Source: an uncultured delta proteobacterium (GTDB lineage: Bacteria; Myxococcota_A; Polyangia; Polyangiales; Polyangiaceae). From it: a stretch of DNA of 64,000 nt. A program made the position numbers and the translations under genes. The stretch lies in contig CAVOKF010000005.1 in the NCBI GenBank assembly GCA_963696385.1, forward strand, positions 1,312,001 to 1,376,000, written 5' to 3'. The notes beneath the pieces are model-generated. The model did no database searches. It saw only the letters and a list, made by a program, of their open reading frames with translations, and was not told the origin of the DNA. Below are positions 1 through 9,264 of this stretch, piece by piece (within the stretch, counting starts at the first letter, position 1; every line of letters begins with the position of its first letter).

Positions 1-1379
1 CCCGTGGAGACGCTCGTTTCGAAGATCTCGGTCGGAGACGTGAACGATTGGAACGAATAATAGGCGATGTCGTCGTCGGGCTCGCCGTAGAGCGCGCTCG
101 CGGAGCCCAGGGTCGGCAGCACGATGGCACGAACGAGTTTCCCGTTCTCGTCACGCAGTTCGACCTGGCTGACGACGTCCTTGAGGTATGCGAGCGAGAG
201 ATTGTGTCCCGCGAGGGTGAGGGCTTCCAGAGTGGCATCGTCGCGTTCTGCAACAATCTCGACCCATTGGTCTCGGTCCGGGCGCTCCGGGTCGACCCGA
301 AACACCCGGTATCGCGGGGCGCCCTCGTTTGTCAAAACGAAGAAGCGATCGCGATCGACGCTGACGTCGTAACGTGCGTCCTTGCCCACGATGAGCGGCC
401 TCCACCGCGGCTCGGGGGCATGCAGGTCTTGGAAGTAGACGTCCGTGCTGGTCCAACCGTGCTCAATCGTCGCAACGAGCCAGCGTCCGTCGCGAGAGAC
501 TCCCGCGCCGATGAACGTCTGAGGATCCCCCGTTCTTCCGTGCACCACCGGGTCGGTACTCGGATCGGTTCCGAGTCGGTGATAGCGAACCTCGGCGTAC
601 CCGGGCCGATCCGCCACAGGCACGCTGCCGGCGGGGGGAAGCCACGTATAGTAGAAACCTTTGCCCGACGGCTCCCACGAAGGCCACGCATATTTGGCCC
701 CTTGAATCACATCGATCGCGCTCTGGTCTCCGGTGGCGACGTCCATCACCGTCAGCGTCGCTTCGTCGGAATTGTTCTGCTTGACTGTGTACGCAACCTT
801 CTTGCCGTCGTACGAGACACTCCACACTCCGAGCGAGAGGCTTCCGTCGCTCGACCAGGGGTTGGGATCGAGCAGCACCGTCTCTGGCCCGTTGCGGCCT
901 TCCCTCCAATAGACCGCGAATTTCTCCTTGCCCGCGTCACGTTTCGGGAAAAACCACCGGTTGGCGTAGTGGCGTGGCGCGCCAACGGTCTCCACGTAAG
1001 AGAGCTCTTTGAGGCGCGCCGCGAAGGCTTCGCGTCCTGGAAGACCTGCGAGGATCGCTCGCGCGATCGCATTTTGGAGGGCTGACCAGGCCTTCACTTC
1101 CTGGCTTTGGTCGTCTTCGAGCCAGCGGTAGGGATCGGGGACCGCGATTCCGTGCAGCGTGTCGGTCGTGGCTCCCCGGCGCGTCGGCGGGTAGTTCATG
1201 GCTGCGTTGGGGGCGGGCGTGGAGTCAGCGGGCATCGGGGTCGACGTGGGAGAGGGGGGAGCGGCGCCGTGGGGCGGTCGGGCGGATGTCTCCAATCGGC
1301 CAGCGCACGCAGCGCCACCGAGCGAGAATAAGAGCGACCACGAGACGGCTGCCGACGGCTTCACGGACCCCGCGACCAT
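1..1379 (-). CDS. Prolyl oligopeptidase (S9A), probable lipoprotein; 3' end lies beyond the window
   Basis: Missing from the ORF track because it has no stop in the window. Manual minus-strand translation from ATG 1379: MVAGSVKPSAAVSWSLLFSLGGAAC...MNYPPTRRGATTDTLHGIAVPDPYRWLEDD...VLLDPNPWSSDGSLSLG...SYDGKKVAY..., the typical S9A N-terminus and beta-propeller. Confidence 0.9.
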   Translation of the reverse strand, partial: MVAGSVKPSAAVSWSLLFSLGGAACAGRLETSARPPHGAAPPSPTSTPMPADSTPAPNAAMNYPPTRRGATTDTLHGIAVPDPYRWLEDDQSQEVKAWSALQNAIARAILAGLPGREAFAARLKELSYVETVGAPRHYANRWFFPKRDAGKEKFAVYWREGRNGPETVLLDPNPWSSDGSLSLGVWSVSYDGKKVAYTVKQNNSDEATLTVMDVATGDQSAIDVIQGAKYAWPSWEPSGKGFYYTWLPPAGSVPVADRPGYAEVRYHRLGTDPSTDPVVHGRTGDPQTFIGAGVSRDGRWLVATIEHGWTSTDVYFQDLHAPEPRWRPLIVGKDARYDVSVDRDRFFVLTNEGAPRYRVFRVDPERPDRDQWVEIVAERDDATLEALTLAGHNLSLAYLKDVVSQVELRDENGKLVRAIVLPTLGSASALYGEPDDDIAYYSFQSFTSPTEIFETSVST

Positions 1380-1405
1380 AGCCCGCGCGAAGCGCTGCGG
1401 CTCGC

Positions 1406-1580
1406 CTAGTCCCCGGAACAGAAGTTCCTGGCGGAACCTCTGTGCTTCGCCGACGCCTTCGGCGTCCTCTGGGGGACTAGACGTTTTCCTTGGGCTCCGC
1501 CCAACCCCGAATGCGCCCCGCGACTTCGCTAGTCCCCTGGCCTCGCTCTTCTCACAGGAATCACATTACCAGGGGACTGG
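1406..1580. repeat. CTAG-bounded palindromic MITE/REP-like element
   Basis: CTAGTCCCC at 1406 and 1529; GGGGACTAG/GGGGACTGG at 1472 and 1572; internal hairpins GACGCC-TTC-GGCGTC and TTGGG-CTCCG-CCCAA. Confidence 0.6.
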
Positions 1581-1620
1581 ACGCAAGCTTGAGGCGGCCA
1601 AGTTGTAGACTGCCTGCGCG

Positions 1621-2727
1621 TTGCACGTCCGTCCGCCCAATCTGAAGCTCGGCCGCGAACCGCTGGACCTCGGCGGTGCGCCGCGCATGCGGCCCACGAC
1701 TCGCTTGCGGATCTTGCTTCGCGAGCACGGACGCAAGCTTTGGTGGATTCACTCGGGGTACGCACTCGCTCTCGGCGCCGGGGTCGTCGCGTTCGCAAGG
1801 AAAGGCTTCGAACATGCGCGCTGGCTGGCCGTCTCTCTGGGCGTGGCGTGGTTGCTCATGGTGGTGTTCTTTCGGGTGTTTCGGTCCGACGATCCGCCGA
1901 GCGCCTTCGACGAGGCGGGCCGCGGAACGCGCGTCCGCTTCTACGTAATGACCTACGCCCTCAAGAATCTTTATCAAGGGATGCTGTTTTTCTTACTCCC
2001 CTTCTACTGGCAGTCGACGACGTTCGACGCGGCAAACGCCTGGTTCGTGCTGGTCCTCGCGGCGTGCGCGGTGATTTCGACGCTCGATATCGTCTTCGAT
2101 CGCGTGCTGATGCGACGGCGATGGCTCGCGTCCCTATTTCACGGTATCACCCTTTTTGGCTGCTTGAATCTCGTGACGCCAGCGCTCTTCCCGGACACGC
2201 GGACGCTCTGGTCGTTGCTCGCGGCGACGGCCATTTCGGTCGTCAGTTTTTGGACGATCCACGTCACGAATCGCCAACTTAAAAATAAGATTTACATCCC
2301 CATTTTCGCCATGAGTCTCGCAGCCGGCATGGGGGTGGCGTACGCGGCCAGGGCGGCCATTCCGCCGGTCCCGATGTACGTATCCACGGCGGGGGTCGGT
2401 CCCAAACAGCTCACGGACGGACGACTGGCCATGGCCGTCAAGACGTTGCACCCGTCTGTCATCCAGGAGCTCATTGCCGTGACGGACGTCGTCGTCCCCG
2501 GGGGCAAGGGTGACCAACTTCGGCATGTGTGGCGCCATCAAGGACGGGAGGTGCACAGGCAAAGCGAACAGACATCCCGAATCGCCGGGCCCAAGGGCGT
2601 GGTGCGCTTGCGCTCGTCGCTTCGCGCAAACGACTTGCCGACCGAACTCGTCGGCCGATGGTCGGTGGACGTTGAGACCGAAGACGGGCAGCTTGTCGGA
2701 CGCACGGAGTTTGATGTCGTCGAGTGA
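1621..2727 (+). CDS. Multi-TM membrane protein with C-terminal DUF2914-like domain (alternative start ATG 1687)
   Basis: About 7 hydrophobic segments, then LRHVWRHQG...GRWSVDVETEDGQLVGRTEFDV. Confidence 0.7.
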   Translation: MHVRPPNLKLGREPLDLGGAPRMRPTTRLRILLREHGRKLWWIHSGYALALGAGVVAFARKGFEHARWLAVSLGVAWLLMVVFFRVFRSDDPPSAFDEAGRGTRVRFYVMTYALKNLYQGMLFFLLPFYWQSTTFDAANAWFVLVLAACAVISTLDIVFDRVLMRRRWLASLFHGITLFGCLNLVTPALFPDTRTLWSLLAATAISVVSFWTIHVTNRQLKNKIYIPIFAMSLAAGMGVAYAARAAIPPVPMYVSTAGVGPKQLTDGRLAMAVKTLHPSVIQELIAVTDVVVPGGKGDQLRHVWRHQGREVHRQSEQTSRIAGPKGVVRLRSSLRANDLPTELVGRWSVDVETEDGQLVGRTEFDVVE

Positions 2728-2834
2728 ACAGTCGAGCACGAATCGTGCCACATATGGGATCAAACTTTGCTGGAGCGAACCTTGGGCCTTCGAGCACCCA
2801 AAGACGCGAAGCCCGATCCCAACCGGAGGTGACG

Positions 2835-3392
2835 ATGGAGAGTCTCGTGACGTATCTCGTCGCAGCGATGGTCGCATGGGTGCCGCCGCATGCTCAGGCA
2901 CCGATCGAATCGCCCGAACAAGTGAAGGCTCGATACGAAGATATAGCGCGCGATCTGGCGTCGGTGATTCTCGACGAAGCGGAGGCGCCCCTCTTTGCCG
3001 GACACGATGCGCGCGCCCAGACGGCGCTCCTCATGCTGTCGGTCGCCTCGTACGAGAGCTCGTTTCGCAAGTCCGTCGACGATGGTCTTGGCCGTGGGGA
3101 CGGAGGCAGTTCATATTGCTTGATGCAAATCCGCGTGGGGCAAGGCATGACTCGCGAAGGGTGGACGGGGCCCCAGCTCATCGACGATCGAAAACGATGC
3201 TTTCGAGCCGCCCTTCACATGCTGCACGGCTCCTTTGCAGCCTGTCGCTCATTCCCACTCGACGATCGCCTGAGCGCATACATAACGGGGCACTGCTTCG
3301 TCAGCGCGTCGATTTCACGCCTTCGCGTCGCCAGGGCGCGGGCCTGGTGGAGCACCCACGCTCGCCCTCGACCAGGGCCGGACGCGAGCTGA
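2835..3392 (+). CDS. Secreted hypothetical protein with lysozyme/lytic-transglycosylase-like motifs
   Basis: RBS GGAGG at 2825; hydrophobic N-terminus; VASYESSF...GDGGSSYCLMQI resembles the SLT 'ES' and 'GLMQ' motifs. Confidence 0.6.
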   Translation: MESLVTYLVAAMVAWVPPHAQAPIESPEQVKARYEDIARDLASVILDEAEAPLFAGHDARAQTALLMLSVASYESSFRKSVDDGLGRGDGGSSYCLMQIRVGQGMTREGWTGPQLIDDRKRCFRAALHMLHGSFAACRSFPLDDRLSAYITGHCFVSASISRLRVARARAWWSTHARPRPGPDAS

Positions 3393-3481
3393 ACATCGGA
3401 CGGGCGCATTGCCGCCTCGGTCGCCCAAGTTGCCACGGCTTCGATCGCGCCGAAGTTAGAACGTGACGACGTCCTTGGCTT

Positions 3482-5257
3482 ATGGATGAGACCAAAGAGC
3501 GCCTGATGTCCGAGGCATTCACTCCCCAAGAGCATCCGCCCGTCCTCGGCACGCCGGCAACGTCGACATCCGCGCGCCCCGTGGTTCGAGGGATCCACAG
3601 GGGGGCGTCGGTCGGCGCGTGGCGCTTCGTACGAGCTTATACGACCACCTTCATCGTCATCGCGAGCTACGTCGCGCTGGCGGTGCGCGCGCGTGTGTTT
3701 GGTCGAATCTGGCGGGACGCGCACATCGGCGCCGTCCACACGCGAAATGCCCGGCGCGTGTATCGGGCCATCGTGGATTTGCAGGGACTGTTCATCAAAA
3801 TCGGTCAATTGCTGTCGATCATGGCGAATTTCCTCCCCGATGAGTTCCGCGTCGAGCTGGAGGCGTTGCAGGACCAGGTCCCTCCGCGGCCCTACGCGGA
3901 GATCGCAGAGCGTCTCGAGCGCGAACTCGGTCCACGAATGGCCATGATATCGTCGCTTGAGCGCGAGCCGATCGCGAGCGCTTCGCTTGGGCAGGTGCAC
4001 GGGGCCTATCTGGTCGACGGTCGTCGCGTCTGCTTCAAGGTGCAGCACCGGGAAATCGATCGGATCGTCGTGCTCGACCTGGCCACGATTCGGCACATCA
4101 TGCGGATCGTTCGATGGTTTGCGCCCGTTCAGGGGCTCGACGCCTATTATCATCAGATCAAGGAGCTCTTGTCGCAGGAGCTCGACTTCGAGCTCGAGGC
4201 CGACAACATCGAGCGGATCGCCAGAAACTTCGCGAAAGACGACCGCGTCGTCTTCCCGGAGCCGCTGCGCGAACTGTGCACCCGACGGGTGTTGACCACG
4301 ACGTTCGTCGAAGGCGTCAAGGTAAGCGATGTAACAGCGCTCGACGGTTTGGGTGTCGACAAGCGAGAGGTCGCACGGCGCCTCGTTCGCTTGTACTGCC
4401 AAATGATTTTCGTCGACGGCGTCTACCACGCCGACCCCCATCCGGGGAATTTGCTGGTGCAAAAGGAAGGCAAGATCGTTCTACTCGATTTTGGGGCCGT
4501 CGCTGAACTCAGCCCGCGCATGAGGGAGGGAATCACGGAATTCCTCGAAGGGGTTCTTCGACGCGACACGGATCGGCTTGTCAAGTCGATGCGCAAGATG
4601 GGGTTCATTTCTCGCGCCACCGATGACACATTGAGCGAGAGGATCATCGAGTACTTCCATCGGCGGTTTCAGGAGGAGGTCCGTCTCGACAGCTTCAACT
4701 TGAAAGATCTGCGCATCGACCCTCAGAGGGGATTGGAGAATCTTCTCGATCTGCGACGTATGAACATCGGGCTGCGCGAACTGTCCGGTGCATTTCATAT
4801 TCCGAAGGACTGGGTTCTTCTCGAACGCACTCTCTTGCTCGTCTACGGCTGCTGCTCGCTTCTGGACCCCGAACTCAATCCGGTGGCGATCATTCAACCG
4901 TACTTGCATCAGTACGTGCTCGGAAGCCGTGATTTCGCGCAGATCGCCATGGAGTCCATTCGCGACGTCGCGATGGGTGCGATGACCCTCCCGGAAGACG
5001 TCCGTCGGTTCTTGACCAAGGCGAGCCGTGGCGAGCTCGAAGTCCGGGTGCGAGGATTGCGAGATGCAACGACGGCCCTGTACGCAGCCGGTCGCCAGAT
5101 GATCTACACCGCAATCGCGCTGTTCGCAGGGTATGAGGGACTCGACTGTTGGCGGCACCGTGAACTGTTGCTGGCTCGCTGGCTCGTCGGTGTTTCGATC
5201 GCCAGCGCGATCCTTTTGCTCGGGTCCAGCATTCTGTCGCGACCCCGGGGTCGCTGA
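3482..5257 (+). CDS. ABC1/UbiB/AarF family atypical kinase
   Basis: FIKIGQLLS, LQDQVPP, ASASLGQVH, QELDF, YHADPHPGNL, LLDFG; C-terminal TM segments. Confidence 0.92.
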   Translation: MDETKERLMSEAFTPQEHPPVLGTPATSTSARPVVRGIHRGASVGAWRFVRAYTTTFIVIASYVALAVRARVFGRIWRDAHIGAVHTRNARRVYRAIVDLQGLFIKIGQLLSIMANFLPDEFRVELEALQDQVPPRPYAEIAERLERELGPRMAMISSLEREPIASASLGQVHGAYLVDGRRVCFKVQHREIDRIVVLDLATIRHIMRIVRWFAPVQGLDAYYHQIKELLSQELDFELEADNIERIARNFAKDDRVVFPEPLRELCTRRVLTTTFVEGVKVSDVTALDGLGVDKREVARRLVRLYCQMIFVDGVYHADPHPGNLLVQKEGKIVLLDFGAVAELSPRMREGITEFLEGVLRRDTDRLVKSMRKMGFISRATDDTLSERIIEYFHRRFQEEVRLDSFNLKDLRIDPQRGLENLLDLRRMNIGLRELSGAFHIPKDWVLLERTLLLVYGCCSLLDPELNPVAIIQPYLHQYVLGSRDFAQIAMESIRDVAMGAMTLPEDVRRFLTKASRGELEVRVRGLRDATTALYAAGRQMIYTAIALFAGYEGLDCWRHRELLLARWLVGVSIASAILLLGSSILSRPRGR

Positions 5258-5281
5258 GTTTTCGTGTATCTTGCCGTTTCC

Positions 5282-6799
5282 ATGCCTCGTCACCTCCTGG
5301 CGATCGATCAAGGGACCACGGGCTCGACGGCGCTCGTTGTCGAAGTGGTCGGCGGTTGTGCGGGCCGAACGCTCGGCCGATCGACGGCCGAGTTTCGGCA
5401 GCACTTCCCCCGGCCGGGGTGGGTCTCGCACGACGCGATGGAAATTTGGACGAGCGTGGAAGAGTGCGTTCGCGATGCGCTGAGGGCGGCCGGAGTCTCG
5501 CAAAGCGACGTCGCGGCGATTGGCATTGCGAACCAGCGCGAGACGACCCTCGTTTGGGAGCGTGAAACGCGCAAGCCCATCGATCTCGCGATCGTTTGGC
5601 AGTGCCGGCGCACTTCCGCCGTTTGCGAGGCGTTGAAGGCAGACCCTCGCACGGTGGCGCGCGTGCGGGAGAGGACTGGGCTCGTGATCGACGCGTACTT
5701 CAGTGCAACGAAGATCGCGTGGCTGCTCGACCACGTCGAAGGCGCGCGGGAGCGCGCCGCCCGCGGCGAACTGGCCTTCGGCACGATCGACACCTTCCTC
5801 GTCAGCGAGTTGACGAGTGGTGCGGCTCACGTCACCGACGTGACCAACGCATCGCGCACGCTGCTGATGAATCTCGCGCGGGGCGAGTGGGACGCCGAAA
5901 TGTGCGGGCTCTTTCGAGTTCCCGAGACGGTGCTTCCCACCATCGTCGGGAGCGCCGAAGTCGTCGGACGCACAAACGGCGTCGGCTTCTTGCCCGATGG
6001 GGTGCCGATCGCGGGAATCGCGGGCGATCAGCAAGCGGCGTTGTTCGGACAGGGCTGCTTTCGCGAGGGCGATGCGAAGTGCACTTACGGCACCGGTGCG
6101 TTCGTCTTGATGAACATCGGCGACCGTCCAATCTGGAGCGATCACGGCCTGGTGACCACCGCTGCGTGGCGGATTAACGGCGCTACGACGTACGCGCTAG
6201 AGGGCAGCGCATTCATTGCGGGCGCTGCGGTTCAATGGCTCCGCGATGGACTCGGCATCATCCAAGCCGCGAAGGACGTCGAGGTTCTCGCGAAGCGCGT
6301 CTCCAGCAGCGAGGGGGTCGTATTCGTCCCCGCGCTGGCCGGCTTGGGCGCACCCTATTGGGATCCCGATGCGAGAGGTACGATTACCGGCCTCACGCGC
6401 GGAACGACCGCGGCTCATCTGGCCCGCGCCACACTCGAGGGGATCGCGTTCGAAGTGGGCGATCTCTTGGATGCCATGGTCAAGGACGCGAAGCATCCGC
6501 TGGCGCGGCTGCGCGTCGACGGGGGGGCTGCTGCCAACGATACCCTCCTGCAGTTTCAGGCCGATGTCGCCGACGTGGTCGTCGAGCGTCCGGCAGACGT
6601 CGAGTCCACCGGACGCGGCGCCGCCATGCTGGCGGGCATCGGTTCGGCTCTTTGCTCGGGGTTTGACGAAGCTGCGCGTCTCGTGCGGTTCGAGTCCAGG
6701 TTCGAACCGAGATGGGCGCAAGCCGAGCGAGCGGCCCACTGGGACCGCTGGACGGATGCCGTGCGCCGCGCGCGCTCGGTGCGTCCGAGTCCGCTTTGA
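5282..6799 (+). CDS. glpK: Glycerol kinase
   Basis: AIDQGTTGS, NQRET, WQCRRT, YFSATK, TDVTNASRT, GDQQAALFGQ, KCTYGTG, GLGAPYWD, RVDGG. Confidence 0.97.
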   Translation: MPRHLLAIDQGTTGSTALVVEVVGGCAGRTLGRSTAEFRQHFPRPGWVSHDAMEIWTSVEECVRDALRAAGVSQSDVAAIGIANQRETTLVWERETRKPIDLAIVWQCRRTSAVCEALKADPRTVARVRERTGLVIDAYFSATKIAWLLDHVEGARERAARGELAFGTIDTFLVSELTSGAAHVTDVTNASRTLLMNLARGEWDAEMCGLFRVPETVLPTIVGSAEVVGRTNGVGFLPDGVPIAGIAGDQQAALFGQGCFREGDAKCTYGTGAFVLMNIGDRPIWSDHGLVTTAAWRINGATTYALEGSAFIAGAAVQWLRDGLGIIQAAKDVEVLAKRVSSSEGVVFVPALAGLGAPYWDPDARGTITGLTRGTTAAHLARATLEGIAFEVGDLLDAMVKDAKHPLARLRVDGGAAANDTLLQFQADVADVVVERPADVESTGRGAAMLAGIGSALCSGFDEAARLVRFESRFEPRWAQAERAAHWDRWTDAVRRARSVRPSPL

Positions 6800-7066
6800 A
6801 TGCGGGTACTTCCGCAGCTGCCGTTTGACGGCGCTCAGCCCTCTCGCATGCCTCGAAGGACCGCGGGTCGGAGGCCCCCCTTTCGCGCCGGGCGTGCGCG
6901 TGCGATTCTCGGAGAGAGCGCACGCATGCGATCGACGAAAGTGCGTCTCAGGTTCTTCTGCCGGCCGTTACGCGCCCGAGCCCGGCGCGCTTGCGCGTTC
7001 CAGCACGCTGGATCTCGGACAGCCGGTCGCTTCGAGGCCGGTCATTTCGCCGGAGAAAGGAAAGCC

Positions 7067-7861
7067 ATGTCGAGCAGCAATGCGGGGGATCGCTCGGGGT
7101 CGGGCACCGTGCCTGCGCCCTTGCGCGACGTGCCCGTGGACTGGGAGGCGCTCGAGGATGCCTTCGAAAACAACGCGCCCGAGGTGCACAGCTATTTGCA
7201 TTTGACAACGGGCGAAGTCTTGCGAGTGGTCGACGGCGTCGCCGACCCGCAAATGCACGTGCGGATCGCGTCGGACGGCACGTATTTGCGCGTCGAGCCT
7301 GTCAGTTCACGCGAGCAATATCGCTGGATGGAGCGCTTCATTCCCACGGTGGACGACACCGAGCTTCGGAGCAAGCTCTCGCAGGCTATCGACGGCAAGG
7401 GGGCGTTCCGTCGCTTCAAGGACGTGCTGATGAACTACGCTACCGACCGCGAGCGGTGGTTTGCGTTTCGCAGCGAGCGGCTGCGGACCTTCATGGAGGC
7501 CTGGTTGAACGCTCACGCCATCCAATCGGTCGCGAGACAAGCGTGGTCGGATCCGGCGCCGGCGCCGGCGCCGGCACCGCCGCCCGAATCCGCTCCGGAG
7601 TCGACCGAGGATTCCGCACCGAAATCGCAGAGTGGCCGCAGGCTCCGCAACGCCGAGACCTTGCGCCAGAGCTTGAGAGAACTTGGGGAGACGCTCGGAC
7701 CGAGGGATCTCGAGATCGTCGTAGGGTTCGCCGAGTTTCTCAAAGCTCGGCGGGCTGCCCGCAGCTTTGCCCATCATCACGATCACATGCTTCAAGAGCG
7801 AGGAGCGACGGCACCTTCGACGTCGGAGGATTCCCTGAAGAAGGGCGACGAATCGTCGTGA
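7067..7861 (+). CDS. UPF0158 family protein
   Basis: RBS AAAGGAAAG; DWEALEDAF...YLHLTTGEV...YRWMERFI...AIDGKGAFRRFKDVL...ERWFAFR. Confidence 0.85.
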   Translation: MSSSNAGDRSGSGTVPAPLRDVPVDWEALEDAFENNAPEVHSYLHLTTGEVLRVVDGVADPQMHVRIASDGTYLRVEPVSSREQYRWMERFIPTVDDTELRSKLSQAIDGKGAFRRFKDVLMNYATDRERWFAFRSERLRTFMEAWLNAHAIQSVARQAWSDPAPAPAPAPPPESAPESTEDSAPKSQSGRRLRNAETLRQSLRELGETLGPRDLEIVVGFAEFLKARRAARSFAHHHDHMLQERGATAPSTSEDSLKKGDESS

Positions 7862-8571
7862 ATTCACGGGGCGGCTCCGCAAAAGTCCTTGCGACATGGG
7901 CCGCGATGGTCTTGCCGGGGGTCGCGCTCGCAGACGATGCACCGACGCACGCCGTCGTCGATCGCGCCGTGGTTCGGTTCGTCACGGCCGAGACAGGCGG
8001 ATCCGAGCGGCCGCGCTTCGTCTTCGAGAGAACGCTCGCGCTCGAGGCACGGCTCGAGCTGATGGCAGAGCGGCCGGAGGGTTTGGGCGAAGGATACGAC
8101 GAGCGGCACGTGAGAGCCGCGCTTGACCACGACATCGGGGAGGAGGTGCTCACGGCTCTGGCCGAGAAGCTCATCTCGGGCTCGCCCTCCGGGCGGCGGC
8201 CGACGGAGCGGGATTTGGCACGTCTTCAAGACGAGCTTACCCTGGCGCTCTTCGAGCGGCTGGGAGGGCAAGGTCGCGTCGAGGCGGCGGCAGCCGCCGA
8301 GCAGCTCGACGCATCCGAGGTTCAGGCTTTGTGGCGTCGCCGCGCGCTTGCGGCCTTCTACGTGGATCGGGCCGTTACCCAAGTTCTCGAACCGAGCGAG
8401 GAGCAGCTGAGAGAGGTGTTCCGTACCTCCGCGCATCCGTATCGCGGCAAACCGTTCGAGGAGGTACGGACCCCGCTGCGACGCTGGTTCATCACGGAGC
8501 GCCTGCGCGCCGCAGAGAGTGCGTTCATGCAAGGGGCACGGGCGCGCCTTCGCATCGTACTCACCCGGTGA
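7858..8571 (+). CDS. Exported hypothetical protein, SurA N-terminal-domain-like
   Basis: GTGA overlap with the upstream stop; signal peptide ending ALA-DD; VVDRAVVRF...PSEEQLRE...FEEVR...ARLRI. Confidence 0.6.
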   Translation: MNSRGGSAKVLATWAAMVLPGVALADDAPTHAVVDRAVVRFVTAETGGSERPRFVFERTLALEARLELMAERPEGLGEGYDERHVRAALDHDIGEEVLTALAEKLISGSPSGRRPTERDLARLQDELTLALFERLGGQGRVEAAAAAEQLDASEVQALWRRRALAAFYVDRAVTQVLEPSEEQLREVFRTSAHPYRGKPFEEVRTPLRRWFITERLRAAESAFMQGARARLRIVLTR

Positions 8572-9235
8572 CGAACCGAGCCACCTCGTCGGCTACCGTC
8601 TCGATCACTTCGTCGGGCCTCCGCCCGGGCCGCTTGGGCAGCGAGAGGGAATGATCGGCGCCCTCGACCACGAACAGACGCGAACCCTGCGAGAGGGATT
8701 CGACGATCGGGCGAAGCTCGTCCGGACGTCCGAACGGATCGCCCGAGCCCTGGACGAACAGCATAGGCGCGCGCACCCGCGCGAGATGAGCCGCGCGCAG
8801 CTGCTCAGGCTTGCCCGGCGGGTGAAGTGGATATCCGAGGAGCACGAGGCCGGCCAATTGCGGGGCGCCGACGTCGTCGTCGCCGGCTACATGGGTCGCG
8901 ATGCGCCCTCCCATCGACTTGCCGCCGATGAAGAGCGGAACGTCCGGAGACGACCATCGAACCCGCAGTGCGGCAAGCGCGGCGCGCCAAGTCGTCTCGA
9001 GAACGCGGGTCGGGTCCGGTGCGCGCCTTCCTGCAGAAACATAGAGAAAATCGAACGTGAAGACGTGGATCTTGCGTCTTGCTAGCGCGCAAGCGATGCC
9101 CACCATGAAGGGATGGCTTTGCCGCCCGCCCGCTCCATGACCGAGTACGATGCGTGCGCAAGGCTCACCCGTGGCGTAGAAAAGCCCCGATCCGGTCCGG
9201 CCATCTACCTCGAATGTGAAGCCCGTCGAGCTCAC
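8561..9235 (-). CDS. Alpha/beta hydrolase (KANL3/Tex30-like)
   Basis: HGAGG, GGKSMGGR nucleophile elbow, LGYPLHPPG, QGSGDPFG, GADHSL. Confidence 0.9.
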   Translation of the reverse strand: MSSTGFTFEVDGRTGSGLFYATGEPCARIVLGHGAGGRQSHPFMVGIACALARRKIHVFTFDFLYVSAGRRAPDPTRVLETTWRAALAALRVRWSSPDVPLFIGGKSMGGRIATHVAGDDDVGAPQLAGLVLLGYPLHPPGKPEQLRAAHLARVRAPMLFVQGSGDPFGRPDELRPIVESLSQGSRLFVVEGADHSLSLPKRPGRRPDEVIETVADEVARFVTG

Positions 9236-9264
9236 GATGAATTCGAGGTAACACGCGATGATTC

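Noticed and set aside
48..1085. 345-aa plus-strand ORF
   Set aside because: Antisense shadow of the prolyl oligopeptidase.
6885..6900. 16-bp GCGCCGGGCGTGCGCG repeated at 10904-10919
   Set aside because: Almost all G/C; matches of this length are plausible by chance in 64 kb of high-GC DNA.
7553..7585. CCGGCG tandem repeat
   Set aside because: Encodes a Pro-Ala linker.
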